Shown: positions 23,960 through 35,921 of the stretch, one piece after another
How positions within the stretch are numbered: the stretch's first letter is position 1
Layout of the letters: each line of letters opens with the position of its first letter
NCBI RefSeq assembly: GCF_963921235.1
Contig: NC_086107.1
Span: forward strand, 108,502,001-108,566,000
DNA length: 64,000 bases
From: Mobula hypostoma
Lineage: Eukaryota
Reading direction: 5' to 3'
Translations under genes and position numbers: made by a program
The notes under the pieces: generated by a model
Seen by the model: the letters and a program-made list of their open reading frames with translations, nothing else
What the model was told of the DNA's origin: nothing
The model's database searches: none

Positions 23960-24340
23960 TGTATATGCCACCAATACTTTGGGTTGCACCAAGTCCCATT
24001 CACTTTCCAGTCCGGCTTTTAAATCCCTCCCCATCTCTGGAATATCCTGTAAGCGTCAGAAACATCCAAGATCTCCATGCTTCTCCGATTCCAACCACGT
24101 AAGTAGTCCCAAGCTTAATAGTTCCATCACTGGCCACTGTTACTTTAGCTTCTTGGACCCTGAGCTCCGGAATTCCCTCCCTAAACCCCTCTCGTATCCC
24201 TCTGTCATCTTCTGAACCTCCATAAGATCTCATTCTTTGACCAAGTGTTTGCCTAATTGGCCTAAAATCTCTGTGTTACATTTATAGGAAAACACTCATA
24301 TGAAGTAGTTTAGGGTGTTTTACTATCTTGAAATGCTGTT
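23960..24340 (+). mobile_element. Ancient L2-like LINE 3' fragment
   Basis: Remnant ...GHCYFSFLDPELRNSLPKPL... matches the L2 C-terminal pattern G.RAFS...P.LWNSLP..LR. Confidence 0.55.
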
Positions 24341-24442
24341 CTGACAGAAGGGAGGGAACATTTTAATTTAACCACCACCACAGTGGGTCATAGAGTTGTA
24401 CCGCATTCACTAAGATACTCACACATTTCTACAGATGTACTG

Positions 24443-25079
24443 CAGACATCACACCTCTCCCGGAAGTTCCGGGAGCCTCCCGCATATTGATAGTGGCTCC
24501 CTGATGCCCGGAAATAATATACAATATCCCGCAAATCAACTTTTTTGAGAGGGAGAGGGAGAACTAACATCCTGATCGGTCTCTCTTCGTGCTAAGTAGA
24601 CCTATCAGTTTTCTCTGTGGGCGGGCTTTACAGTTGACCTCAAAAATAATGACTGTGTTGCTCGCTACACTGTTTGCAACAGTGACTTTTCTATTGCCCA
24701 TGGTGGGTTAAAATGTAAAAGACATGTTGAGGTGAGTTTAACAGGTGTCATTCGTTCAATAGCATAGCTAACGTTATTTAAACTAGCTGGCTGGCTGCTA
24801 AGGAGCTACTCTATTGATGTCCTACGTGATGACGCCAAACTCCCTGTAGACTTGCTTAAAGTTGTAATAGATTAAACATAATATAATATAATATATGTAT
24901 ATATTTTAATGTCACATTTTCTGCATATACCCAACTTGGTTTACAGATGAGACAAAATCACTAAACAAAGTATTACATACACCCTCGGAGGTCAACCGGT
25001 GGGGGGGGGTGGGATATAGGATTGTGGGGGGCAGGGGTGCTACCTCCCTGAAATGAGTCTTTGCAGGGTGGGATGTCTG
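24443..25079. mobile_element. Non-autonomous DNA transposon (hAT-like ends) with 6 bp TSD
   Basis: TIR CAGACATCACACC / GGTGGGATGTCTG. GTACTG duplicated at 24437-24442 and 25080-25085. Removing it restores a Rex1 sequence. Confidence 0.8.
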
Positions 25080-25479
25080 GTACTGTGGACTGCATTCCAA
25101 CTGGTTGCAACACCGTCTGGTATGTGGTATGGCTGGGGGGGGGGGGCACAGCACAGAGTCAGAAGAAACTGCGGAATTCTGTAAACTCAGCCAGCTCCAA
25201 CACGGCCACTCGCCTCCCCAGCATCGAAGTAACCTTCAAAGGGCGATGCCTCAAAAGGGCATTGTTCATTATTAAGGATCCCCATCACCCAGGAGATGCC
25301 ATCTTGTCTTTGGTACCATCAGGGAGGAGGTACAGGAGCCTGAAGGCACACGTTCGATGTTTCAGGAAGAGCTTCTTCTCCTCCGCCGTCCAATTTATGA
25401 ATGGACCCATGAACACTACCTCAGTATTTTCCCTCTCTTTTTGCACTATTTAGTTCATTTATGTCCTGAATTTTATTTG

Positions 25480-25740
25480 TTTATTTGTTTATTGAGATGC
25501 AGCACGAAATGGGCCCTTCTGGCCCTTCACGCCACACTGCCCAGCAAACCCCGAACTTAACCCTAGCCTACTCACGGGTTAATTTACATTGACCCACTAA
25601 CCTACCAACCAGTATGTCTTTGGACTGTGGGAGGAAACCGGAGAACCCGGAGGAAACCCATGCGGCCACAGGCAGCGGCGGGATTTGAACCCGGATCCCC
25701 TGTGCTGTAAAGCATTGTGCTAACCACTAGGTACTCCACT
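25480..25740 (-). mobile_element. V-SINE (HE1-like) copy nested in Rex1 3' UTR
   Basis: Reverse-strand GGGTTTCCTCCGGGTTCTCCGGTTTCCTCCCACAGTCCAAAGAC core and GGTTCAAATCC B-box. Confidence 0.8.
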
Positions 25741-26304
25741 GCCCTAATACACTTACTGTAATTTTTAGTTTTTATTAATATGTATTGCATTGTACCCCTG
25801 CCACAAAACAACAAATTTCACGACCTATGCTGGTGATATTAAGTCTGATTCTGATTCGGCATGGAAACAGGCCCAACAGATCCATGCCATCCATGATTCC
25901 CCATCCAATTTAGCCCCCTTTGCCCCCCAGTATTTTGCCTGTATCCCTCCGAGCTTTTCCATTTCACAGCAGACACCATCTCACTGGTTCTCCACTCTCC
26001 TCTGCACCACCTGGACAACCAAAGGACACCAGTTCAACCCAACTCATCCTTGCTAATCAAGATGCCAAACTGATCATTTGCATTTGGTCCAGATCACTCA
26101 AAACTTTTTCTATCCACACACCTGTCCAAAAGTCTTCCAAGCATTGCAACTGCTCCTATATCTACCACTTCTATATAGCCACCGTGCTCTGTGTGAAAGG
26201 GCTGCCCCCCAGGTACTCTATAAGTCTTCATCCCTCACCTTAAAACTTCATTATCTTTGGGGGAGACGATTCCAAGGATTCACAAACTCGGAGAAGAAAT
26301 TGGA

Positions 26305-26545
26305 CACCACGGGAGCATAGTGATTAGTGCGACACTATTAGAGCTCGGGGCATTCCAGAGTTTGGACTTCAATTCCGGCACCAATTGAAAGGAGTTTGTA
26401 GGTCCTGCCCATGGAATGTGTGTGTTTTCCCCGGGTGCTCTGGTTTCCTCCCACAGTCCAAAGACAAACCAGGTAGGTTAACTGCTCAGAGTAAATTGTG
26501 CCATGATTAGTTTGGGGGTTATTCGGGGTGTTGTTGGGGCAGCAT
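26305..26545 (+). mobile_element. V-SINE (HE1-like) copy
   Basis: tRNA-like head then CCGGGTGCTCTGGTTTCCTCCACAGTCCAAAGAC. Confidence 0.7.
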
Positions 26546-26992
26546 CACCATCTACATCTCTAACAGACAGCCCACTGTTCTGAAACTAAACTGTACCCCT
26601 TTATTTCTGGATACCCTAACTGGAGATAGCATCATCTCAAAGTTCAAAGTAAATTTATTATCAAGGTACATGTATGTCACCATATACCACCCTGAGATTC
26701 TTGTGGGCATACACAATAAAACCCAAGAAACAAAATAGAATCGGTGCAACATCGCACCCAACTGGATGGGCAAACAACTAACGCGCAAAAGCCAACAAAC
26801 TGCAAATACAAAAGAGAAAATAATGATGAATAAATAAGCAATAAATATGGAGAACATGAGGTGAAGTGTGGTCATCGCGTCCCCTCATTACAACCGGGAC
26901 TGCACGTCCGAACAACTTCAGTGGCTATAAGCAACACACATCAAAGTTGCTGGTGAACGCAGCAGGCCAGGCAGCATCTGTAGGAAGAGGTG

Positions 26993-27030
26993 CAGTCGAC
27001 GTTTCAGGCCGAGACCCTTCGTCAGGACTA
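26993..27030 (-). ncRNA. Minimal type I hammerhead ribozyme motif
   Basis: Minus strand TAGTC-CTGACGA-AGGGTCTCGGCCT-GAAAC-GTC-GACTG. The mirrored copy on + at 28081-28118 has one stem-I substitution. Confidence 0.78.
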
Positions 27031-27326
27031 ACTGAAGGAAGAGTGAGTAAGGGATTTGAAAGTTGGAGGGGGAGGGGGAGATCCAAAATGATAGGAGAAG
27101 ACAGGAGGGGGAGGGATGGAGCCAAGAGCTGGACAGGTGATTGGCAAAAGGGATACGAGAGGATCATGGGACAGGAGGTCCGGGAAGAAAGACAAGGAGG
27201 GCGAGGGGGACCCAGAGGATGGACAAGAGGTATATTCAGAGGGACAGAGGGAGAAAAAGGAGAGTGAGAGAAAGAATGTGTGCATAAAAATAAGTAACAG
27301 ATGGGATACGAGGGGGAGGTGGGGCC

Positions 27327-27870
27327 TTAGCGGAAGTTAGAGAAGTCGATGTTCATGCCATCAGGTTGGAGGCTACCCAGACGGAATATAAGGTGTTGTT
27401 CCTCCAACCTGAGTGTGGCTTCATCTTTACAGTAGAGGAGGCCGTGGATAGACATGTCAGAATGGGAATGGGATGTGGAATTAAAATGTGTGGCCACTGG
27501 GAGATCCTACTTTCTCTGGCAGACAGAGCGTAGATGTTCAGCAAAGCAGTCTCCCAGTCTGCGTCGGGTCTCGCCAATATATAAAAGGCCACATCAGGAG
27601 CACCGGACGCAGTATATCACCCCAGTCGACTCACAGGTGAAGTGTTGCCTCACCTGGAAGGACTGTTTGGGGTCCTGAATGGCAGTAAGGGAGGAAGTGT
27701 AAGGGTATGTGTTGCACTTGTTCCGCTTACACGGATAAGTGCCAGGAGGGAGATCAGTGGGGAGGGATGGAGGGGATGAATGGACAAGGGAGTTGCGTAG
27801 GGAGCGATCCCTGCGGAATGCAGAGAAAGGGGGGGAGGGAAAGATGTGCTTAGTGGTGGGATCCCGTTGG
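27327..27870 (-). pseudogene. Penelope ORF C-terminus (GIY-YIG endonuclease), disrupted
   Basis: AFRRDRSLRNSLVHS...GTYPCKRNKCNT...FTCESTGVIYCVRCS*CGLLYIGETRRRLGDCFAEHL...VATHFN...EQHLIFRLGSLQPDGMN. Confidence 0.9.
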
Positions 27871-28614
27871 ATATACACTGAATATACCTCTTGCCCATCC
27901 TCTGGGTCCCCCCCCTTGTCTTTCTTCCTGGACCTCCTGTCCCATGATCCTCTCGTATCCCCTTTTGCCTATCACCTGTCCAGCTCTTGGCTCCATCCCT
28001 CCCCCTCCTGTCTTCTCTTATCATTTTGGATCTCCCCCTCCCCCTCAACTTTCAAATCCCTTACTCACTCTTCCTTCAGTTAGTCCTGACGAAGGGTCTC
28101 GGCCTGAAACGTCAACTGCACCTCTTCCTATAGATGCTGCCTGGCCTGCTGCGTTCACCAGCAACTTTGATGTGTGTTGCTTGAACTTCCAGCATCTGCA
28201 GAATTCCTGTTGTTCAGTGGCTATAAAGCTCTTTGAGGTATTCTGAAAGGGGTGTGGAGAGCGCTACAGAAATGCAAATCTCGCTTTTACTCTGAGGACA
28301 TATTTTTATGTCATTGGCGACCATTTGGCCCATCGGGTATATGCTGGCTTTCAAAGCAACCACATTGATCTCTTTCGACACTATGAAAGGATTCATTTCG
28401 TAACGGCTATCTCTAAACTTATTTTTCCATAAGTCAGAAATGAACAATTTCCCTCAAAAGTGAAATCATCCAAAATCGGTGAGCCTGCCTACCTAAGATA
28501 TTGCTTTGTTCTCTTTCCACAGTGGATTGCAGTGTAGTCCTTTTTGTCCAACTATTCATAATATCCTGTTTTGCAGACACTTCCTGGAGTTCTCTCTTTT
28601 CATCAAATTGTGTC

Positions 28615-29040
28615 ATAGAAACATAGAAAATAGGTGCAGGAGTGGGCCATTCAGCCCTTCGAACCTGCACCACCACTCAGTATGATCATGGCCGATCATC
28701 CAACTCAGAACCCTGTACCTGCCTTCTCTCCATACCCCCTGATCCCTTTAGCCACAAGGGCCATATCTAACTCCCTCTTAAATATAGCCAATGAACTGGC
28801 CTCAACTGTTTCCTGTGGCAGAGAATTCCACAGATTCACCACTCTCTGTGTGAAGAAGTTTTTCCTCATCTCGGTCCTAAAAGGCTGCTTCTTTATCCTC
28901 AAACTTTATCCTTAAACTGTGACCCTTCATTCTGGACTTCCCCAACATCGGGAGCAATCTTTCTGCATCCAGCCTGTCCAATCCTTTTAGAATTTTATAT
29001 GTTTCAATAAGGTCCCCCCTCAATCTTCTAAATTCCAGTG
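28615..29040 (-). mobile_element. Young CR1 LINE 3' end
   Basis: ORF 28705-28902 FRTEMRKNFFTQRVVNLWNSLPQETVEASSLAIFKRELD; (TTCTATGT)n tail. Confidence 0.92.
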
Positions 29041-29052
29041 AGTTTGTCTGTC

Positions 29053-29130
29053 AGGGGTTCCCAACAAGGAACTCACAGACCCCTCGGTTAATGATAGGGG
29101 TCCATGGCATAAAAAAGGTTGGGAACCCTG
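29053..29130. mobile_element. ~80 bp hAT/Charlie-type MITE (copies 29557-29636, 30515-30592, 36324-36403, 47926-48003)
   Basis: TIR CAGGGGTTCCCAAC / GTTGGGAACC(C)CTG. 8 bp TSDs with one mismatch at the 36324 copy (CTCTAAGG/CTGTAAGG) and the 29557 copy (TTTTAGAA/ATTTAGAA). Confidence 0.85.
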
Positions 29131-29194
29131 GTTCTATGTTCACTCTTGCAGGAGCCATAATTAAACTAATCCAACTTTTACTGCAGGGTGTACA

Positions 29195-29480
29195 GGGGCA
29201 CAGTGGTTAGTGCAACACTTTACAGCAGACAGCTGCAAGATCGGGAGTTCGATCCTCACCGTAGTCTGTCAGGAGTTTGAACGTTCTCCCCGTGGCTACG
29301 TGGATTTCCTCCGGGTGCTCTGGTTTCCTCCCAGCATGGTTAGGGATAGTGAGTTTTGGGCATGCCACATTAGTGCCAGAAGTGTGACGACACTTGCGGG
29401 CTGTCTGGCACAATTCCCGCTGATCTGCTTTGATACAAACCGGTGCAATTCACTGTACGTGCAACAATTAAAGCTAATCT
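29195..29480 (+). mobile_element. V-SINE-type SINE with alternative tail
   Basis: GAGTTCGATCC B-box; V-core CCTCCGGGTGCTCTGGTTTCCTCCCA. Confidence 0.7.
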
Positions 29481-29870
29481 TTCTTCCATCGTTATCCATT
29501 TGCTAATGAACTACTATTGCTTGTTAGGCTAATAAGGCAACAACAACATTTTAGAAGAGGGATTCCCAAACTTTTTCATGCCATGAACCTTTACCATTAA
29601 CCGAGCAGTTTGAGGACGCCAGGTTGGGAACCCCAGATTTAGAACATCAAACAGCACAGCATGGACTAGGCCCTTCAGCCCATGAAAACTTTGCCGAACA
29701 CGATGTCAAATTAACCAAAATTTCTTCTGCCTCTGTATAAACCATATTACTCTATTCCCTGTATTAAAAGCCTCTTAAGAGCTGCTATAATAACATCTCC
29801 CTCCACTACCCACACATCTTCTTTAAACTTCCCCCTTTTCACCTTAAATGAATGTCCTGCAGTATTTAGT

Positions 29871-30180
29871 GTGGGCGTGTGGCCAAGTGGTTAAGGCGTT
29901 CGACTAGTGATCTGAAGGTCGTGAGTTCGAGCCCCAGCCGAAGCAACGTGTTGTGTCCTTGAGCGAGGCATTTAATCACACAGTGCTCTGCAACGACACT
30001 GGTGCCAAGTTGTATGGGTCCTAATGCCCTTCCCCTGGACAACATTGGTGTCGTGGAGAGGGGAGACTTGCAGCATGGGCAACTGCTGGTCTTCCATACA
30101 ACCTTGCCCAGGCCTGTGCCCTGGAGAGTGAAGGCTTTCCAGGCGCAGATCCATGGTCTCGCAAGACTAACGGATGCCTC
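29871..30180 (+). mobile_element. tRNA(Thr-like)-derived SINE with CORE-like segment (second copy 46397-46700)
   Basis: A-box TGGCCAAGTGG (29880-29890), CTAGTGA loop, B-box GAGTTCGAGCC, then GTGTCCTTGAGCGAGGCATTTAATC. Confidence 0.78.
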
Positions 30181-33100
30181 TGTGGTATTTGATAATTCCA
30201 CCCTGGGAAAGAAAGATTCAGGCTGTCTACCCGATCTACATCCTTTCATAATACTATAAACTTCCATCAGGTCTCTCCTCAGCTTCCATCATTCCAGAGG
30301 AAACAATCCAAATTTGTTCATCTTCGCCTTGAAGCACATACCCTCTAGTTCAGGCAGCACCCTGGTAAACCTCTGCTGTTACCATACAAAAACCTCCATG
30401 TCCTTTCTCTAATGGGGTGATCAAAATTGCACACAATATTTCAAGTGGAAGAACTGGCGTAAAGTCGAATTTCTGTAACAAGGGTCTCCCGTTAGCTGTA
30501 GAGTCCTTTTAAGCCAGAGGTTCCCAAGCATTTTTATGGCATGGACCAATGCCATTAAGCAAGAGGTCCATGGATCCAGGTTGGGAACCCTTTCTGCAAG
30601 CAATTCTTACACACATTCCCCGCAACTCTTTATCTGATTATTTATCCATCAATTTGCAAGAAAAAGCTGTCATTTCGCCTGTGAGCCAGCACATTCCTGG
30701 GACACAAGAGGAAACCAGAGCACCCACTTGCAAATACCTCATATTTGATAGAGGTATACAAAACGATGGGGTTGGCAGGGCAGAGATACATCTCTACCAA
30801 AAGAGGTGTAAGGCTCTCCACAAGCCAGTGGATCACCTTTGGGCAAGGTGTGGCACCTGCTTAGCCCCCGATCAGGGTAACATGAAGCCATGGGAGCAGG
30901 TGGCAGATGGTCGTCTGAGCAGCTGGTGCAGATCACAAGTCCTGGTTACGCGACCACTGACGCCAGGCAGACAATCTCTGAAGAGTATTGATAATGGCTG
31001 GGGTCACCCATCTTGTAGGGACAGTGCCCAGAAGATGGCGATGGCAAACCACTACTGTAGAAAAATTTGCCAAGAATAATCATGGTCAAAGACCAGGATC
31101 ATCCAGGTCATATGACATGGCACATAATGATGATGTCATACATCATGGCACATAATGATGATGTCATACAACACGGCACATAATGAACACACAATAGATA
31201 GGTTAACTGCACACAGGCCTTCTCCAGTGATATTCAGTGACGGTTGAACTAGATATCATAGGTTAAGGGTGAAAGGGGAACATGGGGAGAAACATTTTCA
31301 CTCCAAGGGTCCTTAGAGTGTGGAAAGACATGCCGGTGGAAGTGGTGGATGTGGGTTCAATTTCAACATTTAAGAGAAGTTTGGATAAGTACATGGATGG
31401 GAGGGGAGGGGAGGGCAATGTTCCAGGTGCAGGTTGATGAGACGAGGCAGAATAATAGTCTGGCATGGACTAGATGTACCAACGAGCCCGGCTCTGTGCT
31501 CTCTGACTCTGTGACACCAGGAGGAAACCCATGTGGTCACAGGGAGAATGTGTAAACTCTACACAAACCACACTCATCGTCAGAATTGAACCTGAGTTGC
31601 CAGGTCTGTGCAGCAGCTGAATGGTCTGTGCTGTGCTGCAGAACTACATTCCTGCACAAAAGTGCTGGTTTTAAAATGAGATGTTAAACTGAGGCAGCCA
31701 TGGACAAGAGAGGAGGACCCCATGACATCTCTTAGACATAAGACATAGGTGTAGAATAAGGCCATTCAGCCCATTAAGTATGCTGCAGTTTTCCATCATG
31801 GCTGATTTATTATCCCTCTAAACCCCATTCTCCTGCCTTCTCCTAGTAACATTTGACACCCGTACTAGTCAAGAACCTATCAACCTCCACTTTAAGTATA
31901 CCCAATGATTGTCTTCCACAGCCATCTGTGGCAATGAATGTGACTCATCTTCATTTCTCCTCATCTTCATTCTAAAGGACATTCGTCTATTCTAAGGCTG
32001 TGTTCTCCTGTTCTAGGGTCCCCCACTACAGAAAACATCCTGTTCACATCCACTCCATCAAAGCCTTTCAATATTTGATAGGCTTCAATGAGAACCCCCT
32101 CATTCTTCTAAACCCCAACAAGCGTAGGCCCAGAACCATCAAGTGCTCCTCATATGTTAACTCCTTCATTCCTGAAATCATTCTCATAGTCCCTCTCTAA
32201 CACCTGGGCATCTTGGAACTATCCCAGCATCTTGGCCAATATTCCTACTTGAAGTACCACTGTAAAACTAATGGATAATCTTTGTTTGTTGACTGCTATG
32301 CACTGGAATTTGCAGTGTACATATTGACTGCTGCATTTGTTTGACTAAAACGCAAAAGAAATGCATTGATTGATGATCTTGCCTGTAGGGACCAGGGCTA
32401 TGTGATCTGCAGAACAAATGGAAAATCATTCACTTGTTCGTGCTTGTCATCATGTCCCTTGTGAGAAAGCTCACAAAAGAAGATTCCCCAAATGGACTGG
32501 GCTGGAATGAAAGACGTTTAATCCAATATGTAATGACGCAGTCCTTGAAAAGAATGCTCCATTTGAAAGGCTAACCTTTTCAAAAGACCTTTGTTGAAAT
32601 CGAATGATCCATTTGGTTGAATTGGCAGCATTAAGCAGTGAGAATGAGTTTGCCAAGATCCTGGGATGCTGATTTGGTAGACCCCAAAATCATTAAATTA
32701 CAAGCTAGATACTCATCACAATTAGCATGGGTAACTATAATGAGGATTGGAAAGTTAAAACCTTCAATGGTAATGATTTTATGACTTGCTAGGGCCATTG
32801 AAAGAAATGTTTAACTTTTATAACCAGTCTACGATATCCTCAACAAACCTGAATGCATCAAAAGCCTAAACATAACTAAATCATGTCCTGAAGAAGATCT
32901 TGGCCAAAACATCGACTATACATTTCCATAGATGGTGCCTGACCTGCTGAGTTCCTCCAGCATTTTGTGTGCGTTGCTTTGGATTTCCAGCATCTGCAGA
33001 CTTTTTCATGTTTATCACTACTAAATCATGTCTTTAAGCTCCAACTAAGAACATCAGATTTGGGGAGGGTTTGACCGCAAGAAACCTCAGAGAGTTGTGG

Positions 33101-33304
33101 ACACAGCTCAACACAGGAACCAACCTCCCCTCTATGAACTCTTGTCTATACAGACAGCATATTCAAAGACCCCACCCTTCAGGGGCAATCTCTCCCTTAA
33201 GAATCAGAATCAGGTTTAATATCACCAGCAAATGTGCAGAAATTTGTTGCCTTTGCAGCCACAGTACAGTGCAATACATAAGAATAGAAAAAATGTGAAT
33301 TACA

Positions 33305-33305
<1 letters not shown>

Positions 33306-33337
<32 letters not shown>
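33306..33337. repeat. (TA)n microsatellite within a Rex1 3' UTR
   Basis: Run of TA dinucleotides. Confidence 0.95.
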
Positions 33338-33339
<2 letters not shown>

Positions 33340-35030
33340 GGTTAAATTAAATAAGTGGTGTAAAAATAGAAATAAAAAATTAGTGAAGAAATTCATGAGT
33401 TCAATGTCCATTCAGAAATCAGATGGTTTTCAGATTCAGAAAGTTTTTCCTGAATCATTGAGTGTGTGTCTTCGGGTTTCTGTACCTCCTCCCTGATGGT
33501 AGCAGCGAGAACAAGTCATGGCCTGGGTGATGGGGGTCCTTAATGATGGATGCCGCCTTTTACGAGGAATTGCTCCTTGTAGATATCCTGGATACTACGG
33601 AGGCTAGTGCCCATGATCGAGCAGACTGAGTTTAGTCTCTGCAGCTTGTTTCAATCCCGTGTAGTGCCCCCGCCCCCTATACCAGACAGTGATGCAGCCC
33701 TCGATTTTTCCCTCTCATCAGGCAGAAGATCCAAAAACCTAAAATCACGTACCACCAGGCTCAAGGAGAGCTTCTATCCTACTGTTATCAGACTCCTGGA
33801 CGGACCTCTTGTATGACAGGATGGACTTTCGGCCTCACAATTGACCTCGTTATGATCTTGCACTTTATTGCATACCTACACTCTGCTTTTTTCTGTAGCT
33901 TTTACACTTCATTCTGCACTGTTATTATTTTTACCTTTTTCCAACTCAATGCAGAGTGTAATATGATTTAATCTGTATAAACACTATGGGAGACAAGCGT
34001 TTCGCTGTATCTTGGTACATGTGACAATAATAGACAACAACAAGACCAGTTGTTAAGTTTGAGGGAAGTGGCAATCAGAAACTTTAACCATAATCACATC
34101 TCCAACCACAAGGAAAACATTTCTGCTTGTCAACCTCCATTCCCAGTAAAATTATGAAATGTTCTCTCTTCCAGGCCAATCAATATCTGCCCTGCTCTCC
34201 CATCTCAAAATATTCTCTTAAAAAATAAAGAATTGGGGTCACCTAGTATTACAGCCTAACAGACTGGGTGTCGGGGTGGACATACATCTCTACCAAAGGA
34301 GGTGTAAGGTGTTCCTTCCTCCGCCAGCCTGCAGGTCACCCTTGGACGAGGTGCAGCACCTGCTTAGCCCCCAATCAGGGACACGTGAAGCCATGGAAGC
34401 AGGTGGTGGATGGTCGTATGAGCAGCTGGTGCATATCACAAGTCCTGGTTATGCGGCCACTGACGCCAGGCAGACAATCTCGGAAGAGCATTGATAATGG
34501 CTGGGGGTCACCCATCTTGTAAAGACACTGCCCAGAAGAAGGCCATTTCTGTGGAAAAATGTGCCCAGAGCAATCATAGTCATGGAAAGACCTTGATTGC
34601 CCACATCATAACAACATGGCCCATGATGGTGATGTGTGTTGCATTTACAGAGAAAGCACAGTGCAGATCGACCAATAAATTTCAGGGGCAATGACAAAAT
34701 AGATCGAGAGATCAGAGTTAAGAATTCGGCTTTAGTACATGAGGGCCCCATTCGAGAGTGCCTTAGCAATGGGAGGGAAGCTGCCCTTGAGCTTAGTTTT
34801 ATGTGTTCTCTGTTCTTTTGTATTTTGAGGAAATAAAAGATCTTGGAGCTCTGCCTGACTGCTTTGTAATCTCCTGAATAATATGCAAACTTCTCTTTAA
34901 ATCCAAACTGATTAATAACTCTGAACTGATTCCACAACCTATAGACTCACTTTCAAGGACTCCACAACTCATGTCCTCAGTATGATGCATTTTATTTTAT
35001 TTGTACGATTTCTTTGATTTATTTATTTAC

Positions 35031-35530
35031 ACCACTGTGTAAAAGTCTTAGGCATACACATATAGCTAGGGTGCCTAAGACTTTTGCACAGGGCTGTACT
35101 TGTCTACGTGGTGCATTTCTAAATCCGGCAGAAGCAAAGAACACTGGCAATAGTGAGGATGGGGCGCCGCAGGAAACAGACGGCAGAGAAAGAGTGGTGG
35201 GGGGGGGGCTGGCGTGGGTGCAGACACACCCAGCCGTGAGACACCAGGCAAGGTCATTTGATTCCGAACAATTGGTTTATTGATCATTACAGAATGTCTT
35301 TCTGGTGCTTCCTGCTCCCTTCCCCCTTTCCCAACCATGATTCCCCTCTCCCTGCCCCCTTCCCACTCTCAGTCCACAATAGAGACCCGTATCAGAATCA
35401 GGTTATCATCACTCACATATGTCATGAAATTTGTGTTTTTGTGGCAGCAGTACGGTGCAATACATAAAATTACTACAGTACTGTGCAAAAGTCTTAGGCA
35501 CCCTAATTATATAAATATAATGCACAGGAT
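35031..35530. mobile_element. Two Tc1-type mini-palindromes flanking ~380 bp (possible compound MITE)
   Basis: ACTGTGTAAAAGTCTTAGGCA...TGCCTAAGACTTTTGCACAG at 35034-35090 and TACAGTACTGTGCAAAAGTCTTAGGCACCCTA at 35474-35505. Confidence 0.6.
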
Positions 35531-35921
35531 TATATTTATTTATTTACAGATACAGTGCGAAATAGGCCCTTCTGGCCCTTAGAGCTGCACCACCCAGCAA
35601 TCCCCCGATTTAATTTTAGCTTAATTACAGGGCAATTTCAGTGATCAATTAACCTTATAGCCGGTACATCATCGGACTATGGGAGAAACTAGAACACCCG
35701 GAGGAAACCCACACATTCGCAGGAAGCAAGTACAAAATGGCGCTGGAAATTAGCTCTCAACTCTGATGGCCTGAGCTGAAATAGTGTCTCGTTAACTCCT
35801 ACACTGCTGTGACACCCCACTGCACACTGGCGGTTTGTCAGTCCTTAGGGATAGCTCTTATTTTTTTTTAAATTTTCCTGTAAATGCCTGCAAGAAAATG
35901 AATTTCAAGGTAGTATATGGC

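Larger units (their letters stand above)
26931..28212 (-). mobile_element. Penelope-like element: GIY-YIG C-terminal fragment + 3' pLTR + inverted pLTR, 14 bp TSD
   Basis: TTCAGTGGCTATAA at 26917-26930 and 28213-28226. Arms 26931-27240 and 27878-28212 are inverted copies. Confidence 0.92.

Noticed and set aside
28214..28676. Minus-strand ORFs of 77 and 80 aa as host exons
   Set aside because: No recognisable homology, not in a shared frame, and the 5' part derives from a CR1 tail.
29871..29945. Apparent tRNA-Thr gene (also 13578-13650, 46397-46470)
   Set aside because: No proper acceptor stem or terminator; continues into a SINE body present in multiple copies.
31107..31188. CRISPR-like 28 bp direct repeats
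   Set aside because: No spacers, eukaryotic context; it is a tandem duplication of a retroelement tail.
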